Virus record (IMG/VR): IMGVR_UViG_3300028920_000023
DNA from: a virus
Taxonomy: Duplodnaviria > Caudoviricetes
Length of the DNA stretch: 64,000 nucleotides
Strand: one strand, 5' to 3'
Shown: in pieces, positions 18,000-26,003 of the stretch
How positions within the stretch are numbered: position 1 is the first letter of the stretch
How the letters are laid out: each line of letters starts with the position of its first letter
The notes under the pieces: model-generated
The model's input: the letters and a program-made list of their open reading frames with translations, nothing else
Databases searched by the model: none
What the model was told of the DNA's origin: nothing
Translations under genes and position numbers: made by a program

Positions 18000-18521
18000 T
18001 TATCGGTAAGCTCCAACGCCTCTCTTGTATCGAACAATCCCCTGCGCAGTAGCACTAGGATTCATCAAAATCTTAGCAGCAATACCAAAATGAACATTAG
18101 ACTCAAGATCCTCAATCTCAATATTATCGCTCGGATCCACATCATTCTCTAAAAGAAAATCACGAATACTAGACAACTTATCATCCGTAAAACCATACAT
18201 CTGAAAAGCATTATTCTGAACCCTAATCCACCCCATCTCAATCATAGCATAATCACGTGGATCAGAACCATCCCTGAAAAACTCCACGGCTCTCTCATCA
18301 GCACCATTCTCCAGAAGCCACTCCGCAACCTCATCAGACAGAGGCTCCAGAGGTATAATTTCAGGCGTATCTGGATCATCCAAATCCACACCGAGAGCAC
18401 TGGATAAAGCAATCATCATATGATTATAATCACTAATATCCCCATCAGCAAAGGTCTCTTGACCACTATCATCAAGCCACCATTCGCCGGATATAGACTC
18501 AGCTATCTGCCACATGTTCAT
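18000..18521 (-). CDS. hypothetical acidic protein
   Basis: 173-aa ORF with typical minus-strand codon bias. Confidence 0.6.
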   Translation of the reverse strand: MNMWQIAESISGEWWLDDSGQETFADGDISDYNHMMIALSSALGVDLDDPDTPEIIPLEPLSDEVAEWLLENGADERAVEFFRDGSDPRDYAMIEMGWIRVQNNAFQMYGFTDDKLSSIRDFLLENDVDPSDNIEIEDLESNVHFGIAAKILMNPSATAQGIVRYKRGVGAYR

Positions 18522-18568
18522 GTCTTATGTTTGTTTATCCGAATCGTAAATAAGCTAGGAACAACGTT

Positions 18569-18988
18569 GTGGTAACGTTGTTAAAAGCTAAGGGGAAAGA
18601 AATGAAAAAACTGTCTAAAGCCAAAAAAGAATGGATAAGAAGCACCACAGGATGGGACCAATACTCAAATTCCACCAAATTCTCAATAATTTATAGAGCA
18701 TTATCTGGAATACGAAACCCACACCGGACAACAGAGACATTATTGGACGAGGCTCTACGAGCAGATAAGCTCCATGACGGGCATCCTCAGATAATAGTAG
18801 AAGCTATAGAGGATTTAATTCCTGATTTCTTCAAGGATCTACCTACGGAAGGAACCCCGGATATGATCAGGAAAAAGGCTTTTATTTCCGAGTTTATAAC
18901 CTGTGAAGTCCGGAACGGAGAGACACGATACGATAAACCGAACCTCAGAAAAAACAAGTCAAAAGCGAAATGGGCAGATGATTTCTAA
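18569..18988 (+). CDS. hypothetical protein
   Basis: Likely start at MKKLSK after a GGGG SD; convergent with 18985. Confidence 0.5.
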   Translation: MVTLLKAKGKEMKKLSKAKKEWIRSTTGWDQYSNSTKFSIIYRALSGIRNPHRTTETLLDEALRADKLHDGHPQIIVEAIEDLIPDFFKDLPTEGTPDMIRKKAFISEFITCEVRNGETRYDKPNLRKNKSKAKWADDF

Positions 18989-19446
18989 CCTTCGGACTCT
19001 GCTTCCTTTACGCCTAGCCCGTGATATAGAAGCAGAAGAGCAATACCAACTTCTGGGTCTAACGTTAATATTTCTTTTCTCAAGCGCTCCTCGAGTTTGT
19101 TCTTGAATCTCAACATGTCCTCAGTAACTAGATCATATACTTGCTCTTCGATATCATCTAGATTACTGATGTTTAAACCAGTAATCTTTCTTGCATCCCT
19201 GACCAATTCGTCATAAAATCCTAGGGGGTATTTCGGGATAATGGTCCATTCGCCGGTCTCATCTGGGTCAGTATTCGGGACGACTATGTTAAGATCCATC
19301 TCGTCGCGAGGTGACAATTTACCAGACTTTCTAAGATGGTCCGTGATCTCGTCTTCCGATAGTTTGGTAATCTTCGATATCCCTCCGAGGTCAAGATTGT
19401 TATCCCAAAGCAGAGCCAAGATCTCGAGAGCTTCTTCTTTCTTCAT
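18985..19446 (-). CDS. hypothetical protein
   Basis: Likely start MKKEEALE at 19446 after GGAGG; the track's upstream extension crosses a hairpin. Confidence 0.55.
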   Translation of the reverse strand: MKKEEALEILALLWDNNLDLGGISKITKLSEDEITDHLRKSGKLSPRDEMDLNIVVPNTDPDETGEWTIIPKYPLGFYDELVRDARKITGLNISNLDDIEEQVYDLVTEDMLRFKNKLEERLRKEILTLDPEVGIALLLLYHGLGVKEAESEG

Positions 19447-19464
19447 GCCACCACCCTCCAAATG

Positions 19465-19492
19465 GAGAGCATGGACGAAAGTCCATGCTCTC
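19465..19492. terminator. perfect 12-bp hairpin after micro-ORF cluster 2
   Basis: GAGAGCATGGAC-GAAA-GTCCATGCTCTC. Confidence 0.65.
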
Positions 19493-19498
19493 TCTATA

Positions 19499-19576
19499 TC
19501 ATCGCTTAATGACGATGACCTCGGAACTGCTCGCAAGACAGCAACCAACAATCACCCCAAGTATGAACCAAGGCAT
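19499..19576 (-). CDS. 25-aa hydrophobic micro-ORF (MPWFILGVIVGCCLASSSEVIVIKR)
   Basis: GAGGAG SD overlapping the previous stop codon. Confidence 0.45.
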   Translation of the reverse strand: MPWFILGVIVGCCLASSSEVIVIKR

Positions 19577-19585
19577 GACGACTCC

Positions 19586-19666
19586 TCACATTTTATCGAT
19601 GTGCTTTCTCGCAGCCTCCCTGATGGGCTCGGTGGCGATAAGCACAAGAACAACGAACCAAGGCAT
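19586..19666 (-). CDS. 26-aa micro-ORF (MPWFVVLVLIATEPIREAARKHIDKM)
   Basis: AGAGGG SD; same MPWF start as the next micro-ORF; could extend upstream in frame to about 57 aa. Confidence 0.4.
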   Translation of the reverse strand: MPWFVVLVLIATEPIREAARKHIDKM

Positions 19667-19881
19667 GGCTATCCCTCTACCCAAAGCAAGACCGCAATCG
19701 AACACGACAACAATCAAAAAACAAACGCGCCTGTCTATGTCGTTGTATCGCCGTGTCATCTAACAAACAGTCATCGCCCAATCCACAAAACACCCAACAA
19801 ACATTGGCGTTCAACCCATAAACCAGATGAAGGCAATCCTGCTAGATACGCAAGAATAAAAATGAAGACTTACGAAGACAA

Positions 19882-21012
19882 CTAATGAAGAATGGGACCC
19901 AAAGGTTCAGAATGCAAAATTGCGTCCTGAACTGTCTTTTCTTTCTCCTGTTGTCCCTCGGTCCTCATCTGTTCACCATTCAGACTCAAAGAACCACCGC
20001 CAGGAGCAGGTATATTACCGAACTTGCTCCTGACATTTCCAATCATAATCTTAGCTTCTGCAATCAGAGCTCTCTTAGTAAGTTCTCTAGCCCAAGGGCT
20101 TCTGAAATGGTTAACAACCGGGATGTATTCTATAACTACAGGAAAACTGCCACGTGGTGTTGGAAACAACCTAATCTTATTATCTCCTTTAACTTCCCAT
20201 TGTCCCTCGGTACCCAATATTCGCTGACTGAATTTGCGATACGATAACAACATGTGGTAATCAAGGAGTAAATTCTGAATGCCAGTAACGTTTCCTATAT
20301 TGAACAGGAAACTATTATGTACGACAAAATCGTTTGCAATTAAATTATGAAATTCTTTGGTTTCAAAATCATATGTCTCAAATTCACCAACTTCTACAAT
20401 TGATGATATTTTAGCTAAGATTACAGTATCTGATTTCCTCATATAAAGGCGCTGATCAACTGTGAGGTCCTTTGCTAACTTCCAACCATTTTCACTCATA
20501 AACTTATGATTAAATGATGCAACAACAGTAGAATCATCTGCGGTTATCTCTAAACATTTCTTCATACCTGATTCTTTTCTACTGATAATCTCATCTTCTA
20601 CAATATTGCCGTTACTATATGACAATATCTTAGACCCTACCTGTAGGTCTCTCGCTTGTATTTTCCCATCATACAACGAAATAAGACAATCACCGCGCAG
20701 ACATTCAGCTCCAAATATGTCACCAATACGCGTGGTCGCCGGATCCCACGAAACATTCTGAACCCAATAAGCGTCCTGGGGCAGATTATAACCATTAACC
20801 AAAGGCTGAGTATTAAAGTACGCATACTTCTGTTCAGAAGGAAAGTAAGTAGCTATAAAATCACAAGTGGATCTTATAGCCTGTTCCAATTGCGGTTCTG
20901 TAATCTCATTAGCAATTACAGGGTGGCCAAGTGTCGATAATACCTCGAATTTGGTCTCGTCGTTGTTCTTACGTAGTACAACGGGTAATTTATCAGGACC
21001 AATAATAGCCAT
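19882..21012 (-). CDS. neck protein (T4 gp13-like) containing a mini-intein
   Basis: LGHPVIANEIT.PQLEQAI; ALIAEAKIMIGNVRSKF..IP.PGG..SLNGE.M..EG..E motifs; AGGAGG SD. Confidence 0.75.
   Translation of the reverse strand: MAIIGPDKLPVVLRKNNDETKFEVLSTLGHPVIANEITEPQLEQAIRSTCDFIATYFPSEQKYAYFNTQPLVNGYNLPQDAYWVQNVSWDPATTRIGDIFGAECLRGDCLISLYDGKIQARDLQVGSKILSYSNGNIVEDEIISRKESGMKKCLEITADDSTVVASFNHKFMSENGWKLAKDLTVDQRLYMRKSDTVILAKISSIVEVGEFETYDFETKEFHNLIANDFVVHNSFLFNIGNVTGIQNLLLDYHMLLSYRKFSQRILGTEGQWEVKGDNKIRLFPTPRGSFPVVIEYIPVVNHFRSPWARELTKRALIAEAKIMIGNVRSKFGNIPAPGGGSLSLNGEQMRTEGQQEKEKTVQDAILHSEPLGPILH
20314..20703 (-). mobile_element. 130-aa mini-intein in the neck protein
   Basis: CLRGD (block A), SFNHKF (block B), YDFET..FHNLIANDFVVHN|S (blocks F/G); no endonuclease domain. 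Confidence 0.9.
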
Positions 21013-21076
21013 TCAAAAATCCTCCTTTCCTATTTTTAATTTACATAAAGAAAGGAGACAGACGAAAGGAGAAAAT

Positions 21077-21487
21077 ATGGCCGAATACAAGATAGAATAC
21101 CAGAAAATAGACCAAGCACGATCTTTCCCGATACCCACATGGTCAGAAAAATTCGAAAAGATCGACGACGAATGGCTATGGATCTGGAAACAAGACCCAA
21201 AATGGTCCTTCCCCCTACAGGAAGTAAGAGACAATTATAAACTAGCATTACAATGCTCAAGAGATATACTCGACATATTCACAGAAGCAGCCGAAAGAAC
21301 AAAAAGAGAAATATCTCTCAAACACAAATGTCCAAACTTCAACTTAACAGAAATAGAAGCCGGAGAAACAGGAGCAGAATTCTGCAGATGCTTTCCAGAA
21401 TGCGAAAACAGACATGAAAAAGCCGAAAAACTCGAAGAACACATCTACACCTGGTCCGAATTACTCTGCACCACCATCGGGGTCTAG
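21077..21487 (+). CDS. hypothetical protein (MAEYKIEYQ...)
   Basis: AAGGAG SD before the ATG at 21077; 3' part of track ORF 20867..21487. Confidence 0.6.
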   Translation: MAEYKIEYQKIDQARSFPIPTWSEKFEKIDDEWLWIWKQDPKWSFPLQEVRDNYKLALQCSRDILDIFTEAAERTKREISLKHKCPNFNLTEIEAGETGAEFCRCFPECENRHEKAEKLEEHIYTWSELLCTTIGV

Positions 21488-21488
21488 C

Positions 21489-21794
21489 ATGATTGGCGGG
21501 ATCATCATAGAAGTAGCAGAAACAGACAACAAAATCTTCGTAGACGTACATAGCACAATAAACACCCAGACCATCGGAATACTACTCGAAAAAGACGAAA
21601 ACAGTTCCCAAATAGAAATCGGGGACCTGGTTTGGTGGCATGGAAAATATGCATTTTGGACACCAGCAGAAAACCACACCAAAAGCAGAATGCAACTCAA
21701 ATGCAACTTCGACTATGACGTACAACTAAATAAAATAGGACCTAGCGGAGTGATATTGCCCAACAGACCACAAGACAGAGTATATAAGGGATGA
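21489..21794 (+). CDS. hypothetical protein (MIGGIIIEV...)
   Basis: ATG immediately after the previous stop; A/C-rich codons. Confidence 0.55.
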   Translation: MIGGIIIEVAETDNKIFVDVHSTINTQTIGILLEKDENSSQIEIGDLVWWHGKYAFWTPAENHTKSRMQLKCNFDYDVQLNKIGPSGVILPNRPQDRVYKG

Positions 21795-21974
21795 AATGAA
21801 TACCAAAATACCAGGCATATGCGCCAAGAAACTCCACATAAAGAAAGACTGTGTAGAATTTAGAGGGAAACAGGGTGTTATATCAAACAGGAAATATCAG
21901 AATGTTTAGAGGAGTGTATAAATGAGGACAACAAGAATTCTGAGGTGTATGTAGTTGTGACAGTGAATCACAAG

Positions 21975-22046
21975 GCCACCATGGCTCAGCGGTAGAGCAG
22001 TGCCTTAGTAAGGCTCAGGTCGCAGGTTCGAATCCTGCTGGTGGCT
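21975..22046 (+). tRNA. tRNA-Thr(AGU)
   Basis: GCCACCA/TGGTGGC acceptor stem, GCTC/GAGC D stem, anticodon loop TT-AGT-AA (AGT at 22007-22009), GCAGG-TTCGAAT-CCTGC T arm, C2-G71, U73; CCA not encoded. Confidence 0.9.
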
Positions 22047-22048
22047 CT

Positions 22049-22555
22049 TTAAATTGGGAAGTGAAAACCACCCTCGCCATAAATAACACCATTAACTTCC
22101 ATCTTAAATACATCTAAAGAAATTATAGATTCCAATTTATTCTTTAATTCCGTTACGATAGCGTCAAGTTTTATATCAGGCTGTCGGAAACCATTATGTA
22201 GACTTGGCCCAGTCTTGAATTCGCCCGAGTTTATAACAGTTTGTGTTCCTACTGGAGTTCCGGGGACTAGGGTATCGGCCATAGCACAATAATGCCCACT
22301 TATTGTGAAACGGGCTGGTCTATCACCGAATTGTCTAGTAAATGCGACTGGTTTGGCGAAGTAAAAGGGCAGGTCCGTACATACGTCATCATCAAGCAGA
22401 GCTTCTATTGTGTCTGCTTGTCGTTCTAGATCACGTATGGTCTCGAACCTCTTGCCACGTATCGGAACCACCCTAAGATATGCCGTAAATGGGACCTTCC
22501 TGTCTAATGGCCCATGTGGCTTCGTTCCTGGTGCTTCTGATAGTTGTTGTGGCAT
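22049..22555 (-). CDS. hypothetical protein
   Basis: 168 aa, ends adjacent to the tRNA 3' end. Confidence 0.6.
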   Translation of the reverse strand: MPQQLSEAPGTKPHGPLDRKVPFTAYLRVVPIRGKRFETIRDLERQADTIEALLDDDVCTDLPFYFAKPVAFTRQFGDRPARFTISGHYCAMADTLVPGTPVGTQTVINSGEFKTGPSLHNGFRQPDIKLDAIVTELKNKLESIISLDVFKMEVNGVIYGEGGFHFPI

Positions 22556-22626
22556 TGGTACACCTTACCATTGTCGGAGCAACGTTTTTACACGTTGCTC
22601 CGTTTTTATTCAATGGTTAAGAGGCT

Positions 22627-23019
22627 CTACGCAGTGAAGGCGTCGCTGGGACAAGCAGTCCGAAGCTCGCCGTACAGATCGTCAGTGATGTTGGCCTCTG
22701 TCTTCTGGATTTGGATCTCACGGGGGTTGCCCGGAAGACGTACCGGAAGATCAAGACCGCTGACGCCTGCGTATACCTCGCTAAGGGTGCACGGATCACG
22801 CGGCGCAACAACAACCGGATGACCGTAACGGAACGCATCCGTCCGGAAACTGGAATCACGCGTCTCGACCACCAGATTCTCTTCACCTGGTACAGTCACA
22901 AGCACCTCATCGAACGGAGTCGTCAGATGCTTGATGGACGTGTGACGTCGGTTGTCGTACGTCGTCTTGGCTCTGCGAAAAACCGAGATCGTAGCGTTAG
23001 CTGGCTGAGCAGCACCCAT
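22627..23019 (-). CDS. hypothetical protein (GC-rich, possibly virion)
   Basis: GGAGG SD before MGAAQP at 23019; candidate promoter motif upstream. Confidence 0.6.
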   Translation of the reverse strand: MGAAQPANATISVFRRAKTTYDNRRHTSIKHLTTPFDEVLVTVPGEENLVVETRDSSFRTDAFRYGHPVVVAPRDPCTLSEVYAGVSGLDLPVRLPGNPREIQIQKTEANITDDLYGELRTACPSDAFTA

Positions 23020-23063
23020 CTTATAATCCTCCATTGCGTCAGGTACCATTCCCTGACCAAGTT

Positions 23064-23078
23064 CAATATTATTTTTGC
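23064..23078 (-). promoter_or_regulatory. candidate promoter motif GCAAAAATAATATTG
   Basis: Intergenic, about 45 nt upstream of the ATG at 23019. Confidence 0.5.
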
Positions 23079-23093
23079 ACGGCGTAGATATTC

Positions 23094-23741
23094 CTAGTGA
23101 ATATCAAGCGACAAAGGAGACTCGTCATACTCCTCATCATATTCCTCATCATAATCATCCTCGGGCAATCCACTGCGATCAATACCATCTCTATCAGTAG
23201 AACCTAGCCCGTGTTCCTCAGCCTTCTTGCTATCAAATTTCTTCTCTTTAAAGATACACTCATCCGGAATAGCCATAAACCTATCAACCGCATTTTTCAA
23301 CTTATGCCCAGTAGCACCAGGAAAACTACATAACTCAACACAGACACCCTTGCTCTTAAGAGACTCAACAAGAGGAGTCATCTCGTTATCCCCAGAACAA
23401 AGAACAACCGTATCCAACCGAGAAGCAATCTCAAGAACCTCTACAGCAATACCAACATTCCAGTTGCCTCTGGCCTTCATCTTCCCATCACTGCCTTCTC
23501 GGATCTTAAGTTCTTTGACCCGTAATTCATACCCAAACCTCTGCAGAGCCTCCTTGAAGGCGCTTTGATTGACATCGGCTTTCTGTACAATATAAGCTAT
23601 CGCCCTTACGAGTTGCCTTCCCTGGACCAACTCCTCAAGGAATTTACCATATTCGATTTTGCCACAATGAATAGTCTTTGCTGAATAGAACATATTTTGA
23701 ACATCAACAAAGATACCCACACGCTGTGAATTGTGTGTCAT
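23094..23741 (-). CDS. NYN-domain (LabA/DUF88, PIN-like) protein with acidic tail
   Basis: GIFVDVQNMFY, LVRAIAY, VVLCSGD, L..LKSKG..VEL.SF, L..AVDRF. Confidence 0.85.
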   Translation of the reverse strand: MTHNSQRVGIFVDVQNMFYSAKTIHCGKIEYGKFLEELVQGRQLVRAIAYIVQKADVNQSAFKEALQRFGYELRVKELKIREGSDGKMKARGNWNVGIAVEVLEIASRLDTVVLCSGDNEMTPLVESLKSKGVCVELCSFPGATGHKLKNAVDRFMAIPDECIFKEKKFDSKKAEEHGLGSTDRDGIDRSGLPEDDYDEEYDEEYDESPLSLDIH

Positions 23742-23750
23742 AACTTCCCC

Positions 23751-24281
23751 CTATAGGCTGCTGTACAGCCCCATTAACCAAGACATCAGTGCGAGCTTAG
23801 CCTTCCCAAGACCATTCTCAGACACCCACTGAACGTCCAAAAAACCATCAATGAAAACCGCCTTAACTGGTTCATTCACAACAATAACACGATCACAAAA
23901 GAACCAATCAGGGCACTTGTCCAAGGACATATCGATTTCTTCGCCATTCGGAAGTACATCCAGAGCTTCAGCAACCAGAATCTCATCCGGGTTCATCTCT
24001 ATAAAAGCAACCATATCATGTCTTTGATTTGGTCTCATTCTAGACGAAATAGGCAGATGCTTTTCATCCCCAATCGCACAATAAGCCAAAAACAATCTGG
24101 CTAAATGCTCTTTTCTCAGCTCATTAAAAGCCCATGACAAAGCACGAGACTCGTCCTGATGCTGTTTTGTCACATTCTCCGGATTCCCTCTCATATCCGC
24201 CAAAGAGGAGAGCCTCACACCCAGATTACGTAACAAAGCCAAGTTACGGATTATCCTACTCATTTTGTCCCCTGGAAACAT
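23751..24281 (-). CDS. hypothetical protein
   Basis: 176-aa ORF downstream of baseplate J. Confidence 0.55.
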   Translation of the reverse strand: MFPGDKMSRIIRNLALLRNLGVRLSSLADMRGNPENVTKQHQDESRALSWAFNELRKEHLARLFLAYCAIGDEKHLPISSRMRPNQRHDMVAFIEMNPDEILVAEALDVLPNGEEIDMSLDKCPDWFFCDRVIVVNEPVKAVFIDGFLDVQWVSENGLGKAKLALMSWLMGLYSSL

Positions 24282-24308
24282 AGTATCAATAGGAATATGT
24301 CGTGAAAA

Positions 24309-26003
24309 TTATCTAGGATCCACAGGAGGAACTTTGAAATTACCCTTCTCAAAAAAGAACTTCAGATCTAGATTACCGAGCGTGATCACCTCATTAAAAC
24401 CAACGCCAGGATTATCCGGATCAGCGATCTTATTAGTCTCAATAATATCATCAGCAGGACTGAAGATATTCGTATAAGAAACACCAGGAACATTCTGAAT
24501 CACATCATATAAATTAGACAAAAACATCCCAGTACCCATCTCAAAATTATTAATATTGAAGAAATCACGAATAGCATCTTCAACAGCCACCTTGACAGTA
24601 CCAGAATCAGCATTCCGGCTCATAACAACACTAGCCTCAACATCAATAGGCTTAATAGCACCATCATAAATCCTAACCTCATCCGTCAAAACATTAATAC
24701 GACTGAAGAAATCAACCAAACCCCTCTTAAGCCCACTATTAGGTCTGACAGGAGTCTGATCAGGACCCTCAGCAAGAGCATAAACCTCCACAATATTCCT
24801 ATTCACGAAATCATTCTGAATAATAGCAACACCTTCTGCAACAGAAGGAGCAGCCTGCACAGCCTTTACTACAGAATCAAAATCCTGATCAACACCCGTC
24901 CTGAGAGTACCAATAGCCTTAGAAACAGAACCAAAAACCGGATGTGTAAAATTCTTAGCTAAAATACCATAATCCTCACTAGTAACAGCATTCTCCTGCG
25001 TAGAGAACTCTCTAGGAGCACGCCTTTTAGCCTCCTCAACCGTCTCAGCATCAGTACCACCAGAAGACGGATTCGGATTCCTAAACAAAGCCTCAACAGC
25101 AGCATTATAAGGAGCATCAGGAATAACTGGTCTAGTATCGTTAATAGCACCAGAACCAATACGACCACGAATACCACCACCAGTACGATACCTAACCGTA
25201 ATCTCCTGGCCAGTTAAAGGAGACTTACCAGCAATATCATTGCCAAATCGAATCCTAGAGCTATTCTCCAGATGAATAACCTCGTATACCTCCTCATCTG
25301 CAGAAGCTTTCTCTAGGATATCGACCCTGCGCCATACAGACACTTCAGAACCAGTTCTAACCTCAACCCTAATCGGTTCATCAAGAACATTGCTTTGTTC
25401 AATCTCAATACTCTGATCTGTACCACCGGGCGAGCTAATAATGAGAGGAGTGCCGGTCTTACCCTCTATACCATAAGCTACAATGCCCTTCTTGCCAGCG
25501 GGTACAATTATATCCGAAGTAAAATCGCCCGGAGCCCTAAATATCTCATATGTCAAAGGCTGGTTATCCGGACCTCTAATACTAAAGCTAGTGCCAGCGG
25601 GGACTTTAATCTCAGTCGGCAGAGGAGAATCTATGGTAATCAGCACATCCACCGTAGCTGGGGTAGCTCTCTGGATATCTTGGTTGATTAACTGAAGGTG
25701 ATTGGATACGGCTTCTCTTGTCTGGGCCGTCGGCAGGAACGATTCGTCCACAAGAATGTCTGCACGTTGTGATAAATTACCGCCTATAAAAGACAGTAAT
25801 TCAAGAAGCATAATTATACCATTATTAGCTACATAATCATTAAAGTCATTCGGATAATACGTTCGTAAGTATTCGATACCAGCTCTGCGGAACGCCTCAA
25901 AATCAAGCGCGGAATAATCCAGCCTACGCAGCTCCGCAGGATCTAAAACGACACCGAATTCCTCCGGAGCATTAGGAAGTTTAAATAAAACATTCTCAGC
26001 CAT
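24309..26003 (-). CDS. baseplate wedge protein (J / T4 gp6-like)
   Basis: DYSALDFE, ESFL.TAQTR, IRFG.DI.GK.P, SGGTD.ETVEE.KRRAP, AVTSEDY. Confidence 0.9.
   Translation of the reverse strand: MAENVLFKLPNAPEEFGVVLDPAELRRLDYSALDFEAFRRAGIEYLRTYYPNDFNDYVANNGIIMLLELLSFIGGNLSQRADILVDESFLPTAQTREAVSNHLQLINQDIQRATPATVDVLITIDSPLPTEIKVPAGTSFSIRGPDNQPLTYEIFRAPGDFTSDIIVPAGKKGIVAYGIEGKTGTPLIISSPGGTDQSIEIEQSNVLDEPIRVEVRTGSEVSVWRRVDILEKASADEEVYEVIHLENSSRIRFGNDIAGKSPLTGQEITVRYRTGGGIRGRIGSGAINDTRPVIPDAPYNAAVEALFRNPNPSSGGTDAETVEEAKRRAPREFSTQENAVTSEDYGILAKNFTHPVFGSVSKAIGTLRTGVDQDFDSVVKAVQAAPSVAEGVAIIQNDFVNRNIVEVYALAEGPDQTPVRPNSGLKRGLVDFFSRINVLTDEVRIYDGAIKPIDVEASVVMSRNADSGTVKVAVEDAIRDFFNINNFEMGTGMFLSNLYDVIQNVPGVSYTNIFSPADDIIETNKIADPDNPGVGFNEVITLGNLDLKFFFEKGNFKVPPVDPR

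Noticed and set aside
19565-19668. 13-bp direct repeat as a mini-CRISPR or att site
   Set aside because: Only two copies, and they are explained by the shared MPWF start of two micro-ORFs.
21796-21970. Tiny plus-strand ORFs between 21794 and the tRNA
   Set aside because: Several overlapping short frames without a clear SD or composition signal; cannot be supported.
21975-22046. tRNA as a prophage attachment site
   Set aside because: No duplicated tRNA 3' end and no integrase in the window; the flanks on both sides are phage genes.
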